In this document: one piece after another, positions 1 to 10,900 of the stretch
Layout: each line of letters begins with the position of its first letter
Numbering within the stretch: the first letter of the stretch is position 1
Source of the DNA: Candidatus Latescibacterota bacterium
GTDB lineage: Bacteria > Latescibacterota > UBA2968 > UBA8231
Direction of reading: 5' to 3'
DNA length: 64,000 bases
Assembly: GCA_965261395.1 (NCBI GenBank)
Contig: OZ253462.1
Coordinates: forward strand, 960,001-1,024,000
The notes under the pieces: model-generated
Database searches by the model: none
Told to the model about the DNA's origin: nothing
What the model saw: only the letters and a program-made list of their open reading frames with translations
Program-made: the position numbers and the translations under genes

Positions 1-1937
1 TCGCTCCCCTGCTGTTGGACGTGGTCGTCGATGGCCAACAGCGCAAGGTCGTCGCCCAGCTAACCAAACAAGCCTTTTGCTTTGTCTTTGATCGCGTGAC
101 CGGCGAGCCGATCTGGCCGATCGTCGAAAAGCCCGTTCCCCAATCGCAAGTGCCCAGCGAAAAGACCTCGCCGACGCAGCCTTTTCCGACCAAGCCGGCC
201 CCTTTCGAGCGCCAAGGCATCAGTGAAGACGATCTTATTGACTTTACGCCCGAGTTGCGCGAGGAAGCCAAGGCCATTCTCGCTGAATACGATTATGGTC
301 CGCTCTACACGCCACCGACGGAGAAGGGCGTCTTGTCGGTTCCAGGCCAATGGGGTGGTGCTGACTGGGCGGGGGGTGCGGCGGATCCTAGTACGGGCGT
401 GCTCTACGTGCCATCGCACATGGCCATCACCACCGTGCAGTTGCATCCGGTAGATGACCCGGAGGCGCACTCGGAGTTTTCTGCTAACAACAACATGCAC
501 GTCGTCGGCCCCCGAGGTCTGCCGCTGGTCAAGCCCCCGTACGGCAGTATCACGGCGATTGACCTCAACAGCGGTGAGCATATATGGCGGACGACGGTGG
601 GCAAGGGCCCGGTCAATCACCCGGCGCTCAAGGGCCTCGACCTGCCGGATATGGGCTGGGACAACCGCACCTTCGTCTTGGCTACGCCGAACCTCCTGTT
701 GGCCACTTCGCAGGACCCGCACGGCCTAGCCGACGCCGGCGAGGATTACTTCGTCGATCGCGATGCCTATCTGCGGGCGTACGAGCTATCGTCGGGTCGG
801 GAGATTGACCGCGTCGAACTGCCTAGCAATGCCTATGGCGCGCCGATGAGCTATATGGCCGACGGGCGTCAATACGTGGTCGTGCCGCTGGGCAACTATC
901 TAGGTGAGTCAGGTCGCCCGCCCGAATTGATCGCCTTGGCCATTCCACACGAGGGTGAGGAACTGCCGCCCCAAGGGCGCGACCGGAGCGACGCCGACCA
1001 CCGGGCCTTCTACGAGGCCGTAAAAGCCATCGATGCCGGAGACCGCGAGACGCTACAGAAACTGCTCGCGGAGTACCCCGAGCTAACGACGGCGCGTGGC
1101 TATTTCGATGAGTACTACGAATATCCTTACTTTCGTGGAGCTACTCTCTTGCACCATGCGGCTGGCGAGCCACAACGAGTGCCGCTGCCTGAGAATGCGG
1201 TTGAATTAGCCGCTGCCCTGCTCGCCGCCGGTGCCGACCCCAACGCCGCCACGTATGACTCGGTCGCCGTGCTGGACTTGGTGATAAGCAGTGCCCAGCT
1301 CGGTTGGGCTGGGAATAAGGACGAGATGGTTCAGCTCTTGGCCGCCGAGGGCGTGGACTTAGGGCGCAACCGAGGTCGGGTGCTGTGGGATGCACTTATC
1401 GAGGGAGAATTGGAGCTAGCTCGCATGTTGATTGCGGCGGGTGCGCCCGTGGATTTGCGCTTTGCTGCCGGGGTCAACCGCGTTGATCTGATGGCGGAGT
1501 TCTTCGACTCGGAGGGCAAGTTGAAAGAGGGAACCGGCCACCTGTACCATCCCAACCCGGACACCTTGCTAACCGCCGAGCAGATTGTGGTGGAAGCGCT
1601 TAACTTTGCGGCTTATAGCGGCGCGTTGGAAGCGGCGGAATTCTTGCTGGATCGCGGTGCGGATATCGACGGCTTTGCCGGTGAGTTTCACCGCTACGAC
1701 CACGGCAGTACGCCTCTGCACAAAGCCGCCATGGCCAACCAGCTAGAGATGGCCCGCCTGCTCTTGGCGCGGGGCGCGAACTCGCTCCTGGGGGACCGGG
1801 CCTACGACACCACGCCTTATGGGTGGACCAACTACTTGGACACCTCTAAGGCCTTCGACGAGCTGCTCAAAGAGCACTATGAGGCCGCCGTAGAGCAGGC
1901 GGGTCCCCGAACGGAAGAGGAGAAATCCGATGAATAA
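1..1937 (+). CDS. PQQ-dependent dehydrogenase (glucose/quinate/shikimate-type beta-propeller) fused to C-terminal ankyrin repeats; 5'-truncated by the window edge
   Basis: Frame is open from base 3 (APLLLDVVVDG, same as the paralog). Propeller motifs FVFDRVTGEPIWP, GGADWAGGAADP, KPPYGSITAIDLNSGE, GAPMSY; ankyrin motifs GATLLHHAA, GADPNA, GSTPLHKAA. Confidence 0.85.
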   Translation, partial: APLLLDVVVDGQQRKVVAQLTKQAFCFVFDRVTGEPIWPIVEKPVPQSQVPSEKTSPTQPFPTKPAPFERQGISEDDLIDFTPELREEAKAILAEYDYGPLYTPPTEKGVLSVPGQWGGADWAGGAADPSTGVLYVPSHMAITTVQLHPVDDPEAHSEFSANNNMHVVGPRGLPLVKPPYGSITAIDLNSGEHIWRTTVGKGPVNHPALKGLDLPDMGWDNRTFVLATPNLLLATSQDPHGLADAGEDYFVDRDAYLRAYELSSGREIDRVELPSNAYGAPMSYMADGRQYVVVPLGNYLGESGRPPELIALAIPHEGEELPPQGRDRSDADHRAFYEAVKAIDAGDRETLQKLLAEYPELTTARGYFDEYYEYPYFRGATLLHHAAGEPQRVPLPENAVELAAALLAAGADPNAATYDSVAVLDLVISSAQLGWAGNKDEMVQLLAAEGVDLGRNRGRVLWDALIEGELELARMLIAAGAPVDLRFAAGVNRVDLMAEFFDSEGKLKEGTGHLYHPNPDTLLTAEQIVVEALNFAAYSGALEAAEFLLDRGADIDGFAGEFHRYDHGSTPLHKAAMANQLEMARLLLARGANSLLGDRAYDTTPYGWTNYLDTSKAFDELLKEHYEAAVEQAGPRTEEEKSDE

Positions 1938-4878
1938 ACGCGCCTGCCGGCCCTTAGCGATCGCATTGTCGCTTTCGCTCGCGTCTGCGGCGTTTGCCGA
2001 CGATGTCGATTGGCCGTACTACGGGGCCGATCAGGGCGGCACCCGCTACACCCCCGCCGACCAGATCAACCGCGACAACTTCGATCAATTGCGCGTGGTT
2101 TGGCGCTACCGGCCCCGCGACGTACAGATCTACGAGACGGCGAGAGCTAACCGAAGCCAGGAACGGGGTCGCGGTCGGGGCGGTTGGGGGCGCGGTGGTC
2201 TCCGCTTTGACAACAACCGAGGCACGCCGGTCGCCATTAACGGCGTGCTTTACTATGGCTCGCCCTACAACATCCTCTCGGCCATTGACGGCCAAAGCGG
2301 CGAGGAATTATGGGCGTTCGACCCGGAGTCTTGGCAGGCCAGTTCCGCTTTCGTGGGCAATTCGCGCGGGGTGAGCTATTGGACCGATGGCGAGGTGGAG
2401 CGGGTGTTTATCGCGACATCAACCGCCCATCTGTACTCCATAGACGCCAAGACCGGCCTCCCCGACTCGACTTTTGGCGAGGGCGGGCGCGTCGATTTGG
2501 GAGCCTTACTGCGCCGGCCGTTGAGCGAACGGGAGCGCAGGGGCTACGGAGTCTCGGCCCCACCCGTGGTGTGCCGGGGCGTGGTCGCCGTTGGCTCGGC
2601 GATTGTGGATGTGCGTGGCCGACCGCCAGCTGAGTACATACCGCCGGGTGATGTGCAGGCCTTTGACGCGCGTACCGGCGAGAAAGTATGGGAATTCCAC
2701 ACGATCCCGCAGGAAGGCGAGTACGGCAACGAGACGTGGGGGTACGAGGCGTGGAAGACCTACGGCGCGGCCAATGTGTGGGCTACGATGACGGCCGACG
2801 ACGAGTTGGGCTATCTCTACCTGCCAGTGAGTACGGCCAGCCACGACTACTACGGCGGCGAGCGCCCCGGCGACAACCTGTTCAGCGAGTCGGTGGTCTG
2901 TCTAAAGGCCGAGACCGGCGAGCGGGTTTGGCACTATCAGCTCGTCCACCACGGCCTGTGGGACTACGACCCGCCGGTCGCTCCCCTGCTGTTGGACGTG
3001 GTCGTCGATGGCCAAGAGCGCAAGGTCGTCGCTCAGCTAACCAAACAGGCCTTTTGCTTTGTCTTTGACCGCATAACCGGCGAGCCGATCTGGCCAATCG
3101 AGGAAAAGTCGGTGCCCCAATCTCAAGTGCCAGGTGAAAAGACCTCGCCGACGCAGCCGTTTCCGACCAAACCAGCGGCCTTCGAGCGCCAAGGCATCAG
3201 TGAAGACGACCTGATTGACTTCACGCCTGAGTTGCGCGAAGAAGCCGAGGCCATTCTCGCCGAGTACGACTACGGTCCGCTCTACGCGCCGCCGACCGAG
3301 AAGGGCGTTTTGTCGGTTCCGGGCCAAGTCGGCGGTGCCGACTGGGCTGGGGGCGCGGCGGATCCGCGCACGGGCGTGCTGTATGTGCCGTCGCACATGA
3401 TCATCACCAACGTGGAACTGCGGCCGGTGCGCGACCTAGATGCGTATTCGGCATTTTCTGCCAGCGCCGGACGGCAGATCCTCGGCCCGCGCGGTCTGCC
3501 GCTGGTCAAGCCCCCGTACGGCAGCATCACGGCGATTGACCTGAATAGCGGCGAGCATATATGGCGGACGACGGTGGGCAAAGGTCCGGTCAATCACCCG
3601 GCACTCAAGGGCCTCGACCTGCCAGATATGGGCTGGAACAACCGCACCTTTATCTTGGCCACGCCGAATCTCCTGTTGGCTACTTCCGATGACCCGCACG
3701 ACCTAGCCGACGCTGGCAGGGACTACTTTGTCGATCGCGACGCATACCTGCGGGCGTACGAACTGGCGTCGGGCGCGGGAATCGGCCGCGTTGAATTGCC
3801 CAGCAACGCCTATGGCGCGCCGATGAGCTATACGGCCGGCGGTCGCCAATACGTGGTCGTGCCGCTGGGCAACGGAGAGCGCCCGCCCGAATTGGTCGCC
3901 TTGGCCATTCCGCACGAAGACGAGGAACTGCCGCCCCAGGGCCGCGACCGCAGCGACGCCGGCCACAAAGCCTTTTACGAGGCGGTAGAAGCTATCGACG
4001 CCGGCGACAGCGAGACGCTACAGAAACTACTCGCGGAGTACTCCGAGCTAGCGACGGCGCGCGGCTATTTCGACGAGTACTACGAATACCCCCATTTTCG
4101 CGGGGCCACGCTCTTGCACCACCTCGCCGGCGAGCCGCAACGAGTGCCGCTGCCCGAAAACGCGGTTGAACTAGCCGCGGCCCTGATCTCAGCCGGTGCC
4201 GACCCCAACGCCGCCACGTACGACTCGATCAGCGTGTTGGATATGTTCATAGAAAGCGACCAGCTCGAATGGGCCGAGAGCAAGCCCGAAATGATCCAAC
4301 TCCTAGTGACCAACGGCGTGGACGTGAACCGCAACCGGGGCCAAATTTTATGGAACGCGCTGAGAGAGAGGGATATAGAGCTGGCGCGCATGTTGGTCGC
4401 CGAGGGGGCGACCGTGGATTTGCGATTTGCCGCTGGTGTCAACCGCGTTGATCTGATGGCCGAGTTCTTCGACTCCGAGGGCCAGCTAAAAGAGGGGATC
4501 GGCCACCTCTATCACCCGGATCCTGACATGGTGCTGACCGCCGAGCAGATTATGGTGGAAGCACTCAATCTTGCGGCCTATAGCGGCGCGCTGGAAGCGG
4601 CGGAATTTTTGCTGGATCGCGGCGCGGACGTCAACGGGTATGCCCGTGGGTTTAGCCGGTACGACCGCGGCAGTACGCCCCTACATAAAACCGTCATGGC
4701 CGACCAGCTAGAGATCGCCCAGTTGCTCTTGGCGCGAGGCGCTGACCCCCTGTTGGGAGATTGGCGCTTTGAGATCACGCCTTATGAGTGGTCCAGCTAC
4801 ATGAATACCTCTAAGGCCCTCGACGAGCTGCTCAAAGAGCACCATGAGGCCGCCTTAGAGCGGGCGGACGCGGACTAG
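1930..4878 (+). CDS. Secreted PQQ-dependent dehydrogenase fused to C-terminal ankyrin repeats
   Basis: Signal peptide (ASAAFA|DD); DWPYYGADQGGTRYTP, GTPVAINGVLY, DYYGGERPGDNLFSES, HHGLWDYDPP; ankyrin C-terminus; start overlaps the upstream paralog's stop. Confidence 0.88.
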   Translation: MNKRACRPLAIALSLSLASAAFADDVDWPYYGADQGGTRYTPADQINRDNFDQLRVVWRYRPRDVQIYETARANRSQERGRGRGGWGRGGLRFDNNRGTPVAINGVLYYGSPYNILSAIDGQSGEELWAFDPESWQASSAFVGNSRGVSYWTDGEVERVFIATSTAHLYSIDAKTGLPDSTFGEGGRVDLGALLRRPLSERERRGYGVSAPPVVCRGVVAVGSAIVDVRGRPPAEYIPPGDVQAFDARTGEKVWEFHTIPQEGEYGNETWGYEAWKTYGAANVWATMTADDELGYLYLPVSTASHDYYGGERPGDNLFSESVVCLKAETGERVWHYQLVHHGLWDYDPPVAPLLLDVVVDGQERKVVAQLTKQAFCFVFDRITGEPIWPIEEKSVPQSQVPGEKTSPTQPFPTKPAAFERQGISEDDLIDFTPELREEAEAILAEYDYGPLYAPPTEKGVLSVPGQVGGADWAGGAADPRTGVLYVPSHMIITNVELRPVRDLDAYSAFSASAGRQILGPRGLPLVKPPYGSITAIDLNSGEHIWRTTVGKGPVNHPALKGLDLPDMGWNNRTFILATPNLLLATSDDPHDLADAGRDYFVDRDAYLRAYELASGAGIGRVELPSNAYGAPMSYTAGGRQYVVVPLGNGERPPELVALAIPHEDEELPPQGRDRSDAGHKAFYEAVEAIDAGDSETLQKLLAEYSELATARGYFDEYYEYPHFRGATLLHHLAGEPQRVPLPENAVELAAALISAGADPNAATYDSISVLDMFIESDQLEWAESKPEMIQLLVTNGVDVNRNRGQILWNALRERDIELARMLVAEGATVDLRFAAGVNRVDLMAEFFDSEGQLKEGIGHLYHPDPDMVLTAEQIMVEALNLAAYSGALEAAEFLLDRGADVNGYARGFSRYDRGSTPLHKTVMADQLEIAQLLLARGADPLLGDWRFEITPYEWSSYMNTSKALDELLKEHHEAALERADAD

Positions 4879-4993
4879 GCACCGCACCTTTGAGGATTCG
4901 CCGGGTGAAATGTGCTTGGCAAATTCAAGGCGCAAAGATAAAAGTGCATAGACGAGCCTCTCGGATCGCTGTGGGCATAAAAGATGGAGCATC

Positions 4994-6196
4994 ATGGGCC
5001 AAAAGACAGAACCGTTAGATGAAAGGCTGCGCGAGTTGTTCGGCTCGGACGCCCACAGCGAGGGCCCACTGGCTGCCAGCGGTGCCGGGCGGCGCTTTAC
5101 CGGCATAGATCTGTGCCGCCCGCTCAATCCCGAGCAGGTCTCCTTCCTGCTGGACGCCCTGAGCCAGTTTCGTATCGTCAGCATTGCCGGGCAGGACTTG
5201 GAAGCCTTTTCTCTAGCCCACTTCGAGCGCTTCGCCAACCACTGGGGCGCGCCGGTACCGCACCCCAACAACTTCATGCGCGGGGGTAAACCGGCTCAGC
5301 AAGATGGCGACAGCGACGGTCCCTTTGAGCTAATTCCCTTTGAGCGCCGCTCGGCCGCTGCGGTCAACGCCGCCTTCCCCGGCCAACTGCAATGCCTGCC
5401 GCACGAGTCGCCTGCGGTGCTGGTCGTATCCAACTTTCGGGGGGAACTCAGTGCGGCTCCCGTCGGAGTGACCGGGGGCGGCTCGTGGCACACGGACATT
5501 GAGTACGAGCCCTTGCCGATCTACGTCTCGATGTTTCTCGCCCACAAGTCGCCGGTCGATGCCCCAGGCGGGAACTGGGTGCAAGCACCAGAGGACGACA
5601 AGGTTCATCCGTACTACGAAGGCTCGGATAGCGAACTCATGCGGTTGCGCAAGCGCCTGCCGTTGAACGGCGAGACGGCCTTTGCCGACACCGCAGCAGC
5701 CTTTGCCGCACTGCCGCCGACAGAACAGGCAACTCTGGAGCAAATTCAGTTGCGGCGGCGGTTGAACGAGGGAGACGAAGGCTGGCTCGCCCCGCTGGTG
5801 CGCACCAACCCGCGTTCTGGCATCAAGTCCCTGCACAGTCCAATCTGGGCGTCGCGGCCAAGGGTGCGGCCGGCGGTCGAGGTGGAAGGGATGTCCGCGG
5901 AAGCATCGCGCGCGTTTCTCGACCGGCTCGAAGCGCATGTGCTGCAGCCGCAGTTCCGCTACGACCACCCGCACGCGTTAGGCGATGTGACGCTGTGGGA
6001 CAACTACATGACCCTGCACAATTCGCCGCCGATCAAGTCGAATATCAACTCGCTTGACGATGCCCGGCTGCTGTACCGCTTGAGCTGCAAGGGCGAGCCG
6101 GCCCTGTCACTGCCGCGACGCGATGCGCCGGAGTGGAGCGCCGCCCATATCCCCGGCGGCTACGCCACGCCTTTGGAGATTCTCTGCATCGCTTAA
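4994..6196 (+). CDS. TauD/TfdA-family Fe(II)/2-oxoglutarate dioxygenase
   Basis: WHTD motif, GETAFAD, PLVRTNPRSG, GDVTLWDNYMTLH, RLLYR. Confidence 0.85.
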   Translation: MGQKTEPLDERLRELFGSDAHSEGPLAASGAGRRFTGIDLCRPLNPEQVSFLLDALSQFRIVSIAGQDLEAFSLAHFERFANHWGAPVPHPNNFMRGGKPAQQDGDSDGPFELIPFERRSAAAVNAAFPGQLQCLPHESPAVLVVSNFRGELSAAPVGVTGGGSWHTDIEYEPLPIYVSMFLAHKSPVDAPGGNWVQAPEDDKVHPYYEGSDSELMRLRKRLPLNGETAFADTAAAFAALPPTEQATLEQIQLRRRLNEGDEGWLAPLVRTNPRSGIKSLHSPIWASRPRVRPAVEVEGMSAEASRAFLDRLEAHVLQPQFRYDHPHALGDVTLWDNYMTLHNSPPIKSNINSLDDARLLYRLSCKGEPALSLPRRDAPEWSAAHIPGGYATPLEILCIA

Positions 6197-6221
6197 AAAT
6201 CTCGATGCGGCTAGCCTCGGA

Positions 6222-7175
6222 TTAGTCGAGATTGGCTTCGACGATTTCGGCATGAACCCGGAAGATATGGCTGTCGGCCGGATCGACAATTACCCGCAGC
6301 CAGTGGATATCGGGCGTGCCGAAGGGTTCGATGCGCGTGAAGCGCACCAAGCGCCGTCCCGTGGTTGCTTGGCGCAGCGGCTTGTCCACGCGGAAATAGT
6401 GGGAGTCGCCGTGGGCTAGGGCCACCGGCCGGCCAAAGCGGACGACCTCTTCTTCTAGAGCCTGCAAAAAAGTGGCGTACGGCCCGTCCGGCTCGTCTTC
6501 GCGTTTCTCAAAGCGCGGATTGGCGTGAATGATGAGGAAAATGGCGCGATGGTCTTGTTCTGTGGCTTGGACGAATGTTTCGCGCATCCAGGCAATGGCG
6601 GCGGCGGTGCGGCTTTTGACTTCATCATCATTGGCCTGAGTGCGGCCTTTAAACTTGGCGGTGGCATTGTGACTGCCAACGATGTGCAGCACCGCAAAGC
6701 TCGTCCGCCCGTGGGTCCAGCGCACGTGCTCGGGGAAGGTGCCCCCTTGGGTGCCGACGCGCATGGGTTGCTGGCCCAGAGTCCAACCCGGGCGCGAAAA
6801 AAAGAGCGCCCGCACGTGTGCCAGCCGATCCAGCGGCTGGTATCCGCTCCGGTGGCAGTCGGTCCAGTCGTTGTCGCCTGGCACCAAAACAAAAGGGCGT
6901 GCAAATTGCTGGAACCACTCGAAGCGGTTCTGTAGCAGGCCATCGCTACAGGGACTACTGCCGCCCTTGATGTCGCCCACGTGGACGACCCATTCCAAAC
7001 TCTCGGCGCGGTTAATGTCCTCGACGAGCCGACCAAAGCGGACGCTGTCGGTCGGGGAGTATGGCATGTCCCCAATCAGGGCGAAGGCGAAGGGACCATC
7101 GGCGGGTGGGTTTTGGGCGCTGGCGGCGTCTAGCAGTGCGAGAATTAGGGATAGACTCAGAAGATACCGGGCCAT
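6222..7175 (-). CDS. Secreted calcineurin-like metallophosphoesterase
   Basis: IGDMPY, HVGDIK, PGDNDW, HGDSH. Start re-called at ATG 7175 (MARYLL signal peptide, GGAGG upstream). Confidence 0.8.
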   Translation of the reverse strand: MARYLLSLSLILALLDAASAQNPPADGPFAFALIGDMPYSPTDSVRFGRLVEDINRAESLEWVVHVGDIKGGSSPCSDGLLQNRFEWFQQFARPFVLVPGDNDWTDCHRSGYQPLDRLAHVRALFFSRPGWTLGQQPMRVGTQGGTFPEHVRWTHGRTSFAVLHIVGSHNATAKFKGRTQANDDEVKSRTAAAIAWMRETFVQATEQDHRAIFLIIHANPRFEKREDEPDGPYATFLQALEEEVVRFGRPVALAHGDSHYFRVDKPLRQATTGRRLVRFTRIEPFGTPDIHWLRVIVDPADSHIFRVHAEIVEANLD

Positions 7176-7331
7176 ACATTTCCTCCATCTATTTGTCAGT
7201 GCGTTGCCTGATGTCGGTTTTCTTAGGCGTAAGCGAACTAAAAATAAAGGTAGTTTTGGTAACAATGTTAAGGATCGGCTGTTCCACCTGATTAGCGAAA
7301 TCGACCACTTTCAAGGGAAGACCGCAAAGCC

Positions 7332-7928
7332 ATGAATACACTCGTAGATCCCTCCCTAGCCAGAGAATTGGCCCAAGGCACGCCGACCCAAAAAGTCGAT
7401 GCTTTATTCGCGTACATGGAGCGGCGGGGCCAGTCCTTTTACGACGAAATCGTGACCCAACTCGAGCACGCCCTGCAATGCGCTCACCAAGCCCAACAGG
7501 CCGGGGCTGGTTCGGTGCAAGTGGCCGCGGCCCTGCTGCACGATCTGGGTCATTTCCTAGCTGACGAGCACAACGAAGAGGCCGATTTCCTGACCGAGGA
7601 TTTCCTGCACGAAAAAGTGGGAGCCGAGTATCTGGAGCCCTTTTTTATTGACGCAGTGACCGAGCCGGTCGAGCTGCACGTGCCGGCCAAGCGCTATATC
7701 TGCACTGTGGATAGGTCCTATTACCAGACCTTGTCTCGGGCTTCCAAGCGGAGTTTCGAGTTGCAGGGCGGCTTTATGTCGGGCGAAGAAAAGGCGGCCT
7801 TTGAACGGAATCCCCATTGGGAAAGTGCCGTGCAGTTGCGCAAGTGGGACGACTTGGCCAAGGAAAAGGACCTAAAGACGCCGGGCTTGGAGAGCCATCG
7901 GGCGGCCGTGCAGGGCTGTTTGAAGTGA
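7332..7928 (+). CDS. PhnZ/TmpB-like HD-domain di-iron oxygenase (phosphonate-degradation associated HD family)
   Basis: VTQLEHALQCA, AALLHDLGH, HEKVGA, HVPAKRY, LSRASKRSFELQGG, LRKWDDLAK. Confidence 0.8.
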   Translation: MNTLVDPSLARELAQGTPTQKVDALFAYMERRGQSFYDEIVTQLEHALQCAHQAQQAGAGSVQVAAALLHDLGHFLADEHNEEADFLTEDFLHEKVGAEYLEPFFIDAVTEPVELHVPAKRYICTVDRSYYQTLSRASKRSFELQGGFMSGEEKAAFERNPHWESAVQLRKWDDLAKEKDLKTPGLESHRAAVQGCLK

Positions 7929-7955
7929 TCGCGGCCCTCCGCTTCATGCTCTAGC

Positions 7956-10900
7956 TCACTTGATCAACGACACCTTGCGCTCCTGCACAATATCGCCCGT
8001 TTGCAAGCGCACAAGGTACACCCCGCTAGCGAGCCCCTCCGCATCCCAGCGCACCCGGTAAGTCCCTGGTTTGTGCCACGCCGCTACCAGCGTTTTCACC
8101 CGCTGTCCAGTCGGGCCGAAAACCTCTAGCCGCACCTTTCCGGCCTGCCCGACGCTGAAGTCGATATGCACTCGGCTGTTGAATGGGTTGGGATAAGGCG
8201 GCTGTAGATGCGTTTTTTGCGGCGTGCTCTCCACGGCCTGTACCGCGGTGGCAGCGGCCTCCCCCATGTACGCCTTTACATAGCCGTCCGTGGTCGTTAC
8301 CACCGCATCCAAAAAGCTGTCCCCATCCACATCGGCTAGGGCGATATCGCTGCTGCGCCCCTCCACCTCGAGGGTCCAGGCCCGGCGCAGGGTGCCTTCC
8401 TCCTGTTCCACGCAGATCAACTTGGTGCCACTGCCAAACAGGAACTCGTCGCGCCCATCGCCGTCCACATCGCCGGAGACCACATCCGTGTGGGCCCGCA
8501 CCCCATCGTCGAACTCCAGCAAAACCGCGCCGTCCGCCGCTTGAAACAGGCGCACCCCGTCCGCAGTCGAAGCCAGCAACTCCACGCTCCCATCGCCATT
8601 GCTGTCGCCCACTCCCATCAGCGATTGCACCTCGGTATTGTTGCGGTACGGGGTCTGCCATATTCGCTGGCCATCGCCGGCCAGCACGGCGTTCAAATAG
8701 CCACAGTGCCCCCAAAGGAGTTCGGGCAGGCCGTCGCCGAACAAATCGACCACCGCCGGAAACGCATAGCCGACAAAGGAATCGCTTTCAAACAGCGGAT
8801 TGAGTCCGTTGGTATATCCATAGGCTTGACGCACCACCTGTGCCGTGCCCGTGACCCCGTCGATAATGTGCAGCCGATCGGGCCACATCACCACGATCTC
8901 TTCCAGGCCGTCGCCGTCCACATCCCCCGCAGCGCTGGGATGCCCGCCCAGACTGCGGCCGCTGCCGTTCTCGGGCAGGATGAAACCCTTGGATTCCCAG
9001 ACGATTTCGCCGCTGCGCCCATCGATTAAAAAGCCCACTTCGCTGCCCAGCTTGCCGCGCCGCAAGCTGGCGAATACATCCATGTTCTCTTCGCTGCGGA
9101 AATACCCGACGCTCCAGTAGGACAGGCCGCTGAAGTTCCAGATAGGCATACTGCCGTCAAAGCCGACGAACTCGGTCTGCCAGCGGATGGAGCCATCGGC
9201 CGCGAGCGCCACCAAGCTGGCGTTGCCGCTGGCCGCCTCGCGCGCTGCCAGCACTTCCCGGCGGCCGTCGCCATCCACGTCGGCGGCGACCAGCCCCCAG
9301 TGATAGGGCGCGTTATTGGTCTGGCCGTAGCCCGGCACTTGCCACCGCAGTCGGGGATCGCCCCCGCCCTCCCCCGGAGCTTGCAGACACAGCACTTCCC
9401 GAGTCGCGGTCTGCACGACCACTTCCACTCGGCCATCGCCTTCCAAATCGGCCACTACCGGCGTGCCGGCCGGGGTAAATGCCTGGCGACTCCACTGGTG
9501 CAGCACTCCCGAGGCCCGCTCCAGCGTCAGCACCTGACTGGGAAGCCCACTCCCCTTGAGATACAGCAAAGCCGCCACCCCATCGTCCGCCACTGCGGCT
9601 GTCTCCAGAGCCATTCCGGCCGGACCGCGCACCGACCAGCGCGGTCCGATGCGTCCCGCGCTGTCGCTGCCCAAAGCGACAAACACTTCACCGGCCCCAT
9701 CCGGTGCGAGTGCAAAGAAATCGCGCCGCCCATCGCCATCCACATCGCCGGTCGAAACTGTGCGCAAGCCGTCGGCGGCCCCGGTGCTCACCGTCAAGGG
9801 CAACTGATTTAGCAATACCGTGCTGAAGCGCCCCCGCTCGTGGCTCCAACGCACGGTTGCCGCCCCCGCCTCCAAGGACCAGACCGCCAGCGGCGCATAG
9901 GTCGGCAGGGCCTCACCGCTCGTGGCCGAGACGAATAGCTCCAAGCTCCCATCGCCATCCACATCGGCCATACCGTGCAAATGGTGCTGTGGGAAATCAA
10001 AGCGGGTCTCGCCGCTGAGCGCATCCACGCCGACGATGTGCCACTGGCCGTCGCCTTGGTCGTTGTAAATGCTGTACACCAGCTCGAAGCTCCCATCGCC
10101 GTCCACATCGACTAGGGCCTGCGGTTTGGGCCGCACCACTTTGGTCGATTGCGATGGATCGGGCTGAATGTCGCGCAGCCAGCGCAGCGTCAGTTTTGTG
10201 CCGTCGTTGTCAATGACCTCGGAGTGCATGCTGAAATCGGCCACCACGCCGAATTCGGGATACGGATCGTCGTCGATGTTGGCGGCCCCGAACCAGCCGT
10301 AGTTGCGGTACCCGTGGTACTGCAACTGCATCTTGGCTTCCCCGGTGGCCCCGTCGAAGACGAGGATGCGGTAGTGGGTGGCCACGACTATATCAAGCTG
10401 GCCATCGACATCGACATCGACCACGAGGACATTGGGATCCCAGGTATTGGTAAAGAACTCGGTCTCCCACACCACCCGAGGCTCGCCGCTATCGTACGCG
10501 AGCAGCCGGCCCTGCTTGGGCTCGGCCCCGCCGTCACTGAACGAATTTCCCATCTCAAAGCGCTGTAAGCCCGCCTCCCTAGGCAGGATCTGGGCCACTT
10601 TGAAGACATTGTCCACCGACATGACCACCTCGACGCCGCCGAGGTCAAAAATCTGTGGTCCAATCCCCCAATCCCGCCCGTGGGTGCCGATGTACCCGGG
10701 ATCTACCGGCGCGGCAAAGGGCAATTCCACCGCGCCGCTCCCCTCGCGTTGGGCCACTTCCACATAGCCCTCCCAGGCGGCGATGTCGTAGCGCCAGCGC
10801 TCTTGCGGCGGGTCACGGTGCATTTGACCGATCCCCGAGGCCCGGCCGCTCATGTGGCGGTCGCCGCGCAATTGCAACCATTCGCTCGTTTGCCCGTGCG

